This document shows positions 1 to 14,600 of a stretch of 64,000 bases of DNA, piece by piece. This DNA is from Takakia lepidozioides. Its lineage: Eukaryota > Plantae > Bryophyta. Position numbers and translations under genes: made by a program. The first letter of the stretch is position 1. The number at the start of each line of letters is the position of its first letter. The notes below the pieces were generated by a model that saw only the letters and a program-made list of their open reading frames with translations, was not told where the DNA came from and ran no database searches. Location: NCBI GenBank assembly GCA_030704615.1, contig CM060732.1:13206001-13270000 (forward strand). The letters are read 5' to 3'.

Positions 1-296
1 GTTGAAATATGTGACACCTTCCGCCAGCAATCAAACTTGTTGCACACCCACTTGTCCATCTCTTTAGATTTTCTTTCCCCGCCCTTAGCGACTAGTTGCA
101 CCTCACGTGCATCAAGCTCTCTGAAGCCTCGCCCAAGAATTTCAATATCTTCTCCACTAAGACCCCCGGACGGATTCTCCTCGCCGCTGCGCTCTCTCTC
201 ATGAACATCAAGAAATGACTCTGCAGGCCGTAATACATCTTGCACAAACTCATCGTAACTCTCTAAGAATGGAGTCGAAATTCGGGTAATCGTCAT
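1..296 (-). CDS. Partial ORF running off the window edge; possible Crypton/DUF3504-like tyrosine-recombinase-associated N-terminal region
   Basis: Manual translation from ATG 296 is open to base 1: MTITRISTPF...RGFRELDAREVQLVAKGGERKSKEMDKWVCNKFDCWRKVSHIS. The F..L...E.....K....W+...F..W spacing resembles Crypton/DUF3504-type proteins as I recall them. ORF 298-675 may be its frameshifted N-terminus. Confidence 0.35.
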   Translation of the reverse strand, partial: MTITRISTPFLESYDEFVQDVLRPAESFLDVHERERSGEENPSGGLSGEDIEILGRGFRELDAREVQLVAKGGERKSKEMDKWVCNKFDCWRKVSHIS

Positions 297-739
297 CTCA
301 ATTAGAAAGACCTGACACATGAATATCAGAAGACTGTAGATCCCTTTCAACAACGTCAACATTCGGCGCAATAGCTTCTGTGACAATGGTAACTGGCTCA
401 AGGTCACGGTGGACTTTAGGCGCAATTAGTTCCAAGACAGATGAATCAATGACTCCTGCTGCGTGATTGACACATTGCACCACCACTGCATTCAATGCGC
501 ATTGTACACTCCATTCAATTGGAACTAGTTGCGGAGTGCAATTTGTAATCTCACGAAAAGCTTCTCGATCTGACATGATAGAAACAACAACACAAAGGTA
601 GATGTAATGATAGACACGGTGACAACGGTGGCCACGGCGGCCGTCGACCATGTACGTTGGAACGAGAACAGACAAGCACTACAGACAGAGTACATGAGCA
701 AAATGAAGGGGTAAAAAGGGTGGGGCCTAGGGAGAGCCC

Positions 740-747
740 TATTTATA
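740..747 (-). promoter_or_regulatory. TATA box (CTATAAATAGGG context) upstream of the left-edge minus-strand ORF(s)
   Basis: Minus strand reads acctataaatagggctctccc, followed by a pyrimidine-rich leader and ORF 298-675. Confidence 0.45.
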
Positions 748-772
748 GGTAGAATCGGTCCTCAAATTCCAT

Positions 773-904
773 TGTACTAGTGAAGGCGCCCCCTAGGGCG
801 CGTTCTGCACCCTAGTGCGCCATTATGGCTCGGCCCTACCGGGCCTCGCCACAAAGGCTTACTAGGGTGCAAAACACGCCCTAGGGGGCGCCTTCACTAG
901 TACA
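773..904. repeat. Near-perfect 44-bp inverted repeat with ~44-nt spacer
   Basis: tgtactagtgaaggcgccccctagggcgcgttctgcaccctagt (773-816) pairs with actagggtgcaaaacacgccctagggggcgccttcactagtaca (861-904). Confidence 0.9.
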
Positions 905-1520
905 TAGGATTCGAGTTGAATGCGCACATGTGGGCCCGTGGTCAAATCCCACCCTTTCCAGTCTGATGCTCCTTGCCCCTCCTAGGGCCTAGCCCCTTCC
1001 TCCCGCTGCGTCGCTCCTTTGTTCCCCGCTCCCCTATCTGGTGAGTTTACGCTCCTTTGTTATTGCTCCCCGCTCCCTTGTGTTACTGCTTTCTTGTTAT
1101 GGCTCCCCCACTCCCATGTTATCGGACTTCTACTCCTATTCCCTCTTTCCGGGGGAGTGAGTTTATGCTCCCTTGTATTATTGCTCCCCCACAACCCTGT
1201 TCTCGGACTTCTATTCCTTCTTTCAGGGAGACAATAGCAGGCGAGCGGGAATAATAACAAGACAACAATGTAACAAGGCGTGACATACACGTAGGGCCTG
1301 CCATTTACATACGTAAGACATAAATTTGGAATTTATATATTACCTCTGACTGGTTAACATTTTCTTAAAAGGGTTGGATGAAGGATAAATTGATTTTTTT
1401 TTAAATTATTGGTAAGAGAATGAGTATAATTGTTTTAATTCAAAAATCTAGCAACAATGCCATAGCTATAATGCAGCATCGGATTAATCTTTTGTTGGAT
1501 GAATAAAACGATTAACATGG

Positions 1521-2260
1521 TTAGGAAGTTTGAAAGCAATCTATAGCTGGTTGCGTATGGAGATCCAACTTTTTCTTTAAATGACACATTGTATTTTGTC
1601 GCAGAAGCACAAAAGATTGTTTGTAATTCAAAAGAAAAGCCATTGAATCAAAGAGACAATCTCCGGCAACATAAGTATAGTCATGTTGTCGAACCAACCC
1701 TTCTTTTGACAACTCTGTATTAATGTCCCCGCACTTGAAATTGGTTTTATACATGAGACTGTCTTGTTGTGAAAGTCGAGATTATGGGCTCGAAATAACC
1801 CCCATGATTCGATCTGTCTTCAAAGACCATTTGGAATGGAGGACGTTTGAACTGTTCATCACATTTAATCATGATTCTTGCACTCGTTCAAGACCAAACA
1901 AATATCGAACAAGAAAGATAATCGGACAACAAAAAATAAGCTGTGAAATCTCCCCACAATCCTCCATTGGTCGCACTTTTAGACATTTTTTCAATGTATC
2001 ATTCTAGTCTGCTGACTTATCCATTATGCAGAGACAGAAAAAATTATGAAGAAAGTTGTCTTCGACAATCTATAGCCGGTTGCAGATGGAGATCCAACGC
2101 TTTTTAAAAATGACACATTGCATTTTGTCGCAGAAGCATAGAAGATTGGTTGTAGTTCAAAAGAAAAGCCATTGAATCAAAAAGACAATCTCTGGCAACA
2201 TACGGATAGTCTTGCTGTCGAACCAACCCTTTTTTGACAACTCTGTATCAAATGTCCCAC
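1521..2260 (-). pseudogene. Two degenerate copies of an OTU-like cysteine protease fragment (TE-derived)
   Basis: ORF 1521-1754 contains YVAGDCLFDSMAFLL...LRQ, similar to the OTU catalytic-Cys motif GDGNCLFRA. Segment ~1537-1729 is repeated, diverged, at ~2066-2258. Confidence 0.5.
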
Positions 2261-5200
2261 TCCCCAGTGTTTGCCATATTTAAATGTGACAAACAAGAAT
2301 GATGGAATATCAACGTGTATCTGTACGGATTTCAAATGTTTATTGCTTCTTTTCACAACATAGCACTCAATTCCAACACCAATATATATAACACTCATAC
2401 TTTTGCACCGACATTGACACTTAGGCCGACACCAAAATGTCCAAAACCATGACCAGATGTTACTTGAAATCTAGCTCAACTTCTTAGTCATGCTCATCTA
2501 TGAGATTTTTTTTTTTTTTTTTTTTTCATATATATGTATATATTTTTTAGAGAAGAGGGGGAGTGTAGCCCTGATAATTTTTACTAATAGGTAAGGAAAA
2601 AATAACCTTACAAAGAGCCATAAGGCCGATGAAAGAGGTTCTACTCGACGCTCGTAACCCATGCTCAATAGAGCAAGAAAAAGAGGAGGGAGCATCTGGA
2701 GACAGACCTCCAGATCTCCTAACAGGGAATAACCTTACACCTAAATGCGATCCATATAATATTTAATTTGTACAATCAGTGCATTCAAGTCTATGCATGA
2801 TCAAATATTAGACTTGAAATTAATATTTGGTACAATATATGTACATTATAGTAGTACTGAACACGTTTAAACAACTTTATGTACTAGATCGCCCATATAT
2901 CAAGTAGATATAGGACATAAACATATCTAGTATATAAAGTCGATATCAGATGTGCGTGTAAGACCTACAATCTCAAAATAGATCATATTGTAGTATGTAC
3001 CACCCTTGAACTATATGCAGTTTTTATTCAGGTCCGGGAAGTTCCAATGCATGGTACCTTGGTGCCTTCCACCTGGCATTCTCTCTCTCTCTCCCTCCAT
3101 GCCATTTAAACAATATGAGAACATATACTGACTAATTGAAGAAACTAGCAAATAATAGCAGGAAGTGTTTGTAGATGAAGGGAATGTGCGTACCCAATGC
3201 AGTTTCGCAGATATGTGAGTGTCGAGAAATAATTTGCCAACATATGCTTGAATCTCCACTGTGTAATGTGTGGCTATTTTTGCTAACTAACACCTCCACA
3301 TGTTACTTCCAATCATTAGAAAAAACCAGAATGTAAACTCTTTTTATGTGCCCCTCTCTGGCAGTGTCGCACCTATAGTGGATTGGCACTCAACCAAATT
3401 GCAACATCACAAGATTCCCTGCAACCTAGTTGTGCACAAGTGCTATGGCTGTTTCAAGCAGACTGGTGGGTACAAAGTTGTGCAAGGTCAATGGTCAGGA
3501 ATTAAATATTCATCTTTAGTATACATGTATGTATACACACATTAACGCCGAGTAGGCAAATATCGACTAGATCTGAACTTAGACAGGTGGGAAGGTTAAA
3601 TGAGGGTTGAATATGTTGGCCAGGTAAGATTGAGACGTAGAACTAATGCTGGTTGGCAGAACACCACAAATGAAGTCGACGTCAGCACGGTCTTTGTAGC
3701 CTTGAAGGTCACTGCTATTCCTAGTCAGAACTACCTACATGTGTAGGATGAACTTGTACGGTTGAGCACTTGTTCTAGACGTTTCAGACAACTAAAGATC
3801 TGCATTCATGTAATTTAAAAACTTTTGTACGTAGCCTTGAAGGTTGAGATGTACTGCTATAATATCCAGACATACCTACATTTGTAACTGAATAACTCCC
3901 TTACGATGGAAAAAACACTTATTATTGTACACGAGCTTCTCCTAGTATATAGATCTACCTAGGATAGAAAATACGACATCTCATCATATATATAATGCAA
4001 CTCATGTGTTTTCATCTTCTCTAGCACTTGCATGAATGTAGATAGTTTAAATAAGCAGACCTCAAGGTTGTGGCAGAGGGTCTTTCCTCTGTTCTACGCA
4101 ATTACTATAAAAATTGTCCAGCCAGTGTGAATTCCCCTCTCACCTTATTCCATCCACAATCGCTTGCCAATGTGTGGGTTCCTTAATGACATCATCCTTT
4201 CCGATGGTAATCGCTCAGCCCTCTTTCCCTTTGAAGCTACTAACTCAACCTTCATCACAACTTGTTGGTTGTTGTCAGTACCCACCAGTGTCCTCTATCT
4301 CCGTCTCTGTTTGACAGCTCTCTTGGCTGTCTCGGCGCCTCTGAGAGAATCAGAATATTTCTTCACCGATAACACTTTCCTCTTCTGCAACATAGGCATA
4401 TGTGGGTGCGTAAGAAAAGTTTGTGGTTAAAACTTATAATCTGCAGGTACCGCCAGACCTCAGGCTTTTGACCAGGTGTTGCTCTATCAGTAATTGTTAC
4501 GGACGCAGGCAGAAACATTGAAAGTCTAGTGGGTTACGACTGGAGTTCACCCTGGCCTTCTGGAAAAATATTTTATTTTGTAGTCTTTGGTCAAATGCCG
4601 TCAATGAGCTTCATACAAACTCAAAACATACTTGTTCCTCATCTCAATGAACAATTCCATGGAGCTCTTGGTGCAGTCAAGGTAACAAACTTTATGGTTT
4701 CCATGTTCAATGAAAACTAAGGAAGCTCTCCATTATCCATGGTTCAAACAAGCTTAATTTGGCTTTGAAGGACAGTGCGAACCAATGAAAGGGGTTGGTG
4801 AGTTCATTGCTAGCTAGTTAGGCTAGGTCTCCGGTTGTTATGCCAAAATCCCTATTGCCCCATCAAAGTATGTGCATGTCCTGGCCTAAGGTAAAGAAGA
4901 CCTTGGTCACCCTCACATGGAATTGTAAAATATGAAAGTATGGCTAAAACCCTAATGGCTCTCCATAAACCTTGGCTAGACCCTCTCTCGTAAAGTGGAG
5001 AGTGAGCGGAAATAAGGGAGGGGTACATATGTGGGAACAAGGGAGCGGCGGTTGAAAATATGGGAGCTGAGATCCGCTTCAAGGACTTAGAATTCTTTTG
5101 GAGAGACCAAACTTTTATATTAACTTCTTCAATCACTAAACATACCAATTGAACTAGGTATACCTTGGCTTGGACCCAACGGCCTTGTAGAAGCAATCCT

Positions 5201-5954
5201 TTCTTGCAAATTTAAAATTTTATTCTATAATACAGGCATAAGAGGCTGAGGGGGGTGGGGATTTGACAGGGGCCCTCGCTCCCATTCAAACTCCCATGCT
5301 ATGTCCAGTGTCTTCCAAAACAAATAAAAATAAAACCAATAGTTCTTCTATTGAAATTCATCTCCAATCTATCCTCCGATCAAGAATCACATAGTATATT
5401 GGCTTGCTAAGGATTGCCTTACAATGGCTTTTAATACATGTAAAAATGATGTGAAGTAGCATGTTTTGATAGAGATCATTGAAGAGAATGTAGCACAACA
5501 TGTTTCTTCACAAAGACTGCTAAACTGAAAATTTCATTTTACTCCAGAGGGCACTGGGCCCACTCAAGACTGAGGTGACAAAGGTCAGTGGATTCGAGGA
5601 TTCCATATCCTATTAGAGTAGCAGCGTCAGCAAAGATCCAAGCTTGTTGAGCTGGCCACGCCCACTAATTCAAAACTAATCCATTCGATTCCTGCCGCCA
5701 CGGTTGTGATCTCTCCTGTTGTCGAAAGCAGAATGTACATTGTTTCCAGTTTATTGAGCTCGTAGATGTCATGAGATGTTACAGCTGTGAAAGCATCAGT
5801 GATGATCAGCATATATAGTTCTAGACTCAATGTCTGGAACAGGTTCGAGTGCAACAAACACTGGTAGACAGTCGGTTTGGCAGTTGTCTTTCCATAAGGC
5901 AACAGATGTGAAAGTTCCCCGAAATGTTGAACCCATATTGTGTACATGTGTGAC

Positions 5955-8076
<2,122 letters not shown>

Positions 8077-10534
8077 AGCTTCTCTCGTTCGTGGCAAGCA
8101 GGACAATTGACTGACTGCACAGTGGATACCGTTGGACACCGTTCTACTTTTGAGTGAGGTTCCCCTTCAATTCCAGGAGGATTATGAAGGAAGGACGAGC
8201 TCAGCAGACAACGTCGAATCAGACCATAAATTTTGGCACACGCTGTATGTCACCATGCAGGATAAGCGGGTTGAAAGGGATGTCGTCAGAACTACTGTGA
8301 ACTTCTTTCTCTCTACTACACAAGGACCCACTCAAGCTTTCAGCTCACTGTGTAAGTACTACAGTTCATTTTTTGAGTCCTTGTCGATAAGAATGCACGC
8401 CAGAGGAACAAGACTCCGTCCCTACCACTCCGACGCCTCCTAGATAGTAGAATCCCCCAGACAGTGCCCACACTCTGCAGCGCTGCTCCTCAACTGTCAA
8501 CTGCCAAGCCAAAAGAAATACCCAATATATAAATTGAAGTCTCCCTCTTTAAGCTTTTCCTTCTAGCTTCTGCCCAATCTCTTAACTGGTCTCCTGGATT
8601 GGAAGCTCTCTGCTACGATATAAGACCAGCGAGAAGACGATGTAGCGGCCTCATCGTTCACGAGTCGTTCTTTGCGCTGACGAGACGTTCCACGTCCGTC
8701 CATCTGCAGGCATATAATAGCATATATCGTCAAATATAGTAATAAGTAGTCCTAACCGTAGTACCTACGCGGATCTATCTATTTCTGCAATAAATTGTTC
8801 CATTGGTACGTTGACATACCCCTCGCATGACGCCTAAAGACGTTGCCAATAAAAGCCATGCAACTGCTGGGCAGGTTTGAATGCCAGAGCGGTTGAGCAT
8901 TTGAAAGTTTCAATCAAACTGAAATTGGGATCTGAGAGACGTTGAGAACTCCATGGTGGGTCCTGCTGCCAAGCTGTCACTCTACTGAACTTGCAAATCC
9001 ATGTGCCTCCCTAATCCTCCAGGAAATTCGCAGTGCAACTTCTATCATACAGTCGTCATTGATATATCGTGTTCAAACCGTCATTCCGAGTGGGATTTGC
9101 AGTACAGTTTCCTCATAACTTAGTACAAGTTACAAGAAACCCTGATCATGAGGACTTTGAAAGTGCAACCCAGACTCTATACCCGAAGCACTGTGCAGTT
9201 GTATTGAAGATGTGTGTAGTTACACTGCCACAACATTCAAGTGAAGCTGTGGAATGGGGAAATTATGAGGGAGATGAGGCCGTTGCCACACCCCCACGAC
9301 CACGTTTAATTGCACTCACTGAGTTTAGGCTTGTTCCGACAAGTTGTCACAGAGTTGTTTGATGGAGAGGATTTGGCACAGACTTAACTGACTATAACGC
9401 CGCTCGCATCCATTTCCTGGTTGCGTGCGACGTGGTTGAAGCCAACTGTCTTCATCTTCTGACTGCAATTCTGATCAACCGAGTTTTGGTGTTTGTTGAT
9501 GGCGTCCATATTTGGGCCTCAAAACTGGGCCGCAAGTGCCGGCCAGTGAGTGAACTACCTACATTCTAAATTAATTGACCCACCCATGATTTTGAGACTA
9601 TTTTTTGCAGGTTACAGACTTGGCATGATTAATTAATACTTATCCAAATGTGTCTAATATTGCAAACATTGGCATTGGATCATGAAACATGCAAACATGA
9701 AACATGAAACATTGGCATGCGATCATCGTATTCGGATGACATGGTGGATTCATTGGCTCCTAGAGACCAGGCATGGATTGTTTTATCCTTAGGGATTATT
9801 ATCAGTGCTGACAATTTCGATTTTATGTTTTAAATATTTATTATTTTTAAAATCAGGACTGCGAGCACTAGCATTTCGGTGGAGCCAACCCCTTATGCTT
9901 AGTTTTGGGGTTTGGCTTATGACTTGTAATGTGGGTGGGGGAGGAAACAGAAAAGACCAAACAAATCTTATGTAGGAATGGCAATTAAATGATCTTCTTT
10001 ATTGTAGACATGTTCTGGTTTTAGTTCTTATGTGTTAGCATGTGTGTGCCCAGAAACTCAGCATTCCATGGATTCCAGAATTGCCGTTGATGAGAAACAA
10101 AGTTGTAACATTCCACATGAAAGCCCCAGCCCCAAAAACTGTTGGGCATCGTTGCAACTCTGACTCCAGCAGCACCAGAAAGTGTTTCGCTCAGATGAAG
10201 GAGGTATTTTGGTTGGGACGGTAGGTAGATCATGGACTGACAGACTCAAAATTTGTTTCTAAGCAACCTCAAATTAGCAGAATGAAATCTTTTGAAGCTC
10301 AGTAGTTTTTCTTCAAAACAGTGTGGCTATCTTTTCAAAGGGCATGGTAAGGAGTCTACCTACCCACCTTGAAAGAGCTTGCAATGGAATAGATAGCCAC
10401 ATCAACTCTCATTAATAGCCAAATCTTACTGTCCCTATTGTTGACTAGCCACATCCCCTTCTGTGTGATTACATGCCTAGTTACTAGAAGAGTTGTTACT
10501 AAAGTAGGAACCTTACAAATAGATATGAAGGGGA

Positions 10535-10603
10535 TGTACTAAGTACTAGTTGATAGATGTACTAAGTACTAGTTGATAGAAGTACTAAGTACTAAGTTGA
10601 TAG
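10535..10603. repeat. Short tandem repeat, ~3 x 23 bp (tgtactaagtactagttgataga)
   Basis: Three adjacent near-identical copies. Confidence 0.8.
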
Positions 10604-11687
10604 AAACACTCTCAAATTGATTAGATTTTCATTTTCTATATTTTAAAGAGAAACACCCGGGAGGGAGCGACCGGCGTAGCCAGTCCAATCAAATCTACAC
10701 CCGCCATATGAGCATCTTCTTGTAAATTGACGTCGCCACATGGGCTACCTGGCCTTATTGAAAAGAAAAAAGAAAAAAAGAAAAAAAGAAAATACTGCAC
10801 AGTGAGTTTGATGGTAGACAACAGCAGCACAATTCATGCCAGTTTCGTGGCCTGCTTATGCTGTGCAATTGCACAACTGGGCCTTGTTGGTATTTTCAGT
10901 TCAGCCACGCACAAATTTGCAGGATAAACAGGGAAGGACTTACTGTGGTGTTGAGCCAGGGACAAGAGCAAAGTTCCAAACAGCCACACAACAGGGAGAG
11001 CTGCTAATGCTGAACTCTGTAACTGGAGTGAAGCGTACAGAACCAGCTTGGGCAACCAAACCAACAGTCTTAATTCAGTGACATGATTCATTTACAAACT
11101 GAACCATTAAACTACGACACTTGAGTCATATCCATAAGGAACGGCAGTGCAGAATTGACATTGCAGATCCTAGCACTGGGAAACGATAGGTTGAGCTTTA
11201 TACTACATGTAAACAAAAGCAGTGATGAAACAGGGCCAGACCAACCAGTGACAAATACCCAAACCTGCTCAGTCTCCAGTAATAGCACTTGTGCAATCAA
11301 TGTAGTCAGAAATGGTTGGATTTTCAGTTAGGGTGGAGAAGTTTGAGGAACCTATCTGCAAAAGGGTAACTAAAACTTTCAAAATAATTGTAAACTCTCA
11401 TTGACAGACACATGCATGTAATATGTACAATTAAGTGTCACATTTGAGGACTCCTTTTCTTCTTTCTCCATCCCCCCATCCTAATTGAACTCGTTTTTGA
11501 AGGACACTTGAGTGTGTGAGCAGCAAAGGCTCACCTAAGCTCATCGAATGCTTGCTAGCTAACCAGGGAGTTAACAATGATAACTATGAGGCGACAATTT
11601 CATCAACATCTCAAAATTGAGTAAATACCTACCACGAAGGCACAATTGCATCACCATGTAGGCACTACACCAGCTTTGCAGAGGAAA

Positions 11688-14600
11688 CTACAAAAGTTCG
11701 TATCGCTCAATAAAGGAGGAAGGGTCCCGCAGGGTTTTTTTGGCCCGCCAATAGACTGCAGTTGCAGCCTCACTGTGCCCGGCCTGGCATCAATCCAAAA
11801 TCACAACCCTGACCAGTCAGATCTCTCTCTCGTGTTCTCTCTTACAAAGTTAGTGATAAGATTCCCTGAACTTGTTTCCAGTTTGTGACATGGGTGAGAA
11901 GCTTCAGGATGACCTGCAAGGCCTACCTACTCTGGGCCCAAGACTGGAATTTTAGGGGCCTGTCTTTGACCAATAAACAGATGCAGCAGAGAGGCAAGGG
12001 AGATTGCCAATATCTGATGTGTGGGCGGCCTGAAGACAATATTAATTTTCTGATACAATGTCCAGGGTATTTTCATGAATAGACTCTTCAGGACCATCAA
12101 GAACATAGCCCTGCAGCTCTCTTCACCAACTTTCCAAATCTGGAGGCTGAGCCTAGAGCCCTGGCCCTGTTGGGGTCTAACTGCTGGGCAGATCACACAC
12201 AACAGATTGATGCTTGTGTGAAGGACTTCCCAGAGCTCTTATTTTACCCAAACTGGGTGCAGGGTTGATGGCCACAAGGCTGCAGCAAACAACATCTTAT
12301 GAGTACATTCTCTCTCTCTCTCTCTCTCTCAATCTTGTTCTCTGTTTGCAGTCTGTTCTACTTGTGGTTCTACTTGTGCTTGCTTGCTTGCTTTCTTTCT
12401 TTCATGCTCATTATAAAGTACCAATTCATTTCATTTCATGCTCCCTTCTTTTTCTTCAAGAGACCCCAAATAGAAATCTAGTAATCTGAGTCTCTACTTG
12501 TCTACTTACCTGATATCATACAACACAAACACATCTAAGATACCACAAACCTGACTGACCCGTTGGGTCATGGTACCTGCTTGACTGCAACAACTGTCAC
12601 AGGTAGAACTCTATTCAGTCGGGCATGTGACGAAAGGTTTACTAATTTGCAGACTTATTAGGTCCCAGAGGCTTGGGCCACGTGATGTTATCTCCTCACT
12701 AACATGCGTCACCTCCTGTATAGAATGTGTTTGTTAGGGCTTTTTGAGATTCCATCTTTCAACAGATCTAGATGACCTCAAGTCAAAAGAGTATTTACTA
12801 GCTGGCCCTAATATCTCCTCTACTAGAAAACCTCAATTCAAATCAAAGTTACCTTCCTCTCCTGACCACAGTACTCCAGCCATAGTTCCTCATCTGTTTG
12901 CCCATACACTTCAACTGCCGAATTGAACAGCTTGCGCATGTGTTGGAATGCTTCAGTGTTCCCAATGGCCACTATCCTGGCCTCAATGGCAATACACTGC
13001 CTGAAAAGCTCCACACTTGGGCCCGGCAGTGCTAAAAGTCTGGAACACCCAGAGAGACAGATATTGTCAGTGACCACAACCTTGAGTTGCATCCCATATC
13101 ATCTCCCACCATGGTAATCTTGTTGAGACAAATACATGACCTAGTCAAGAAGATACTTGCCGTTTGTAAGTTTGACGAGCTCGCTCAAGGCCTTGAGAAT
13201 GGAGGACCCAATCAACCAGAGAGCTCACGACCTCAGCGCCAGCTCGGTGGCCTCCACCACCCGCTACGGCTGTCTCTAACATTTGTTTTGACGAGCTCGC
13301 TCAAGGCCTTGAGAATGGAGGACCCATGCAACAAGAGCTCACGACCTCAGCGCCAGCTCGGTGGCCTCCACCACCCGCTACGGCTGTCTCTAACATTTGT
13401 AGCAGCAAATCAAAGTGGCCCTCTTGCCCCCACAAAACCTCAAAGGCCTGCAATGTGCATTCATACAGGCACACCGACAGGCTTAGACCAATATACCCAG
13501 ATCAGACAACACTCCTCAGTCATACAGTTTTGAAAGTTGAAAAAGATGCATCAAAGACAGTCTAAAGCCTCATACAGAAAAGCGCCTTAGACGACTTCAT
13601 TGTGCCCATGGCAATATGATTTGAAGGCTATCTGCAGAGGCAGAATTGGAAGGCTATTTTAGTTGAGGGAAAGAATGGGCCTCGTAGACAACGAAGACCA
13701 AGTGAGTACAAAATGGTTTGTCTTTACTTGGCAGTACGGTATCAAGGCTATCTCAAATCTGAACCATATATTCTTACACACATTACAACACATTCCTTGA
13801 TAGAGAAAGTAAAACAGATTTGCATTAGCTGATCACAAGGACTTCAACATACCATATGCCAAAGCGGCTTGGCCTCAGCAATTGGAAGCTTCAATGCTTG
13901 CCTGAAAAGCTTTGCCAGACCATCCCCCTCACGTGCCTCCAAAGCCAGTGAACATCTGCTCTCTATTGAAAGAAAGAGCGTCCAAATCTTCGCTGATCGG
14001 TCTAATGTATTCCCCTCAATACAAAACTGTCGAGCAAGTGCCCTGGCCTCTTCCACATTTCCCCAATGCATTAAAAGCACCAAATGACCTTGCGCAAGAA
14101 TCTCACTTTCAACTCCAGCTGCCTCTGCACGCTTGTATAGTCCAAGGAGAGCCTCTGCAACTCCATTTTCATCACAGTCTTGCTCCATTGTTGTTGGGGC
14201 AGGCTTGCTGTCTGACATGTTGTTGGGGCAGGCTTGCTGTCTGATATTTTGAAAAGTGTGTGCCACAAAGTTGTAACTTGAATAACTTGTGCTAGTATAG
14301 CTGTCATGGTTAGAGTAATGTGGACATGCACAGGGTTTGAAAGAGGCAATAACAAAATGAGGAGAACATTCTTAAGGCAGACATTTAAAGGACGGCATAA
14401 CTGACATGGAAGGGCTCAAGTGACAATAATGGAAAAAAAATCTTTCAGAAGAAGTAGAGGCAAGAAAAGATCTCACCTTCACCGCCTCAATCCTACCCTT
14501 GGTAACACCCACCCCTTGCTTCTCAGCTTTGCCTAGGGCATGTCGAGCCCTCCAATCCCAACTACTTTCGTGTGCCGGAAAGTCTGTAGTCAAACTACCA

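Noticed and set aside
2500-2760. LINE/SINE 3' ends with poly(A)/poly(T) tails (also ~10640-10795 and ~48600-48680)
   Set aside because: Tails and small hairpins are suggestive, but I found no TSD or coding similarity to support a call.
12590-12720. Alternative last exon of UTP6
   Set aside because: No similarity to the UTP6 C-terminus; 11783-11688 provides the expected YWRA.KTL motif.
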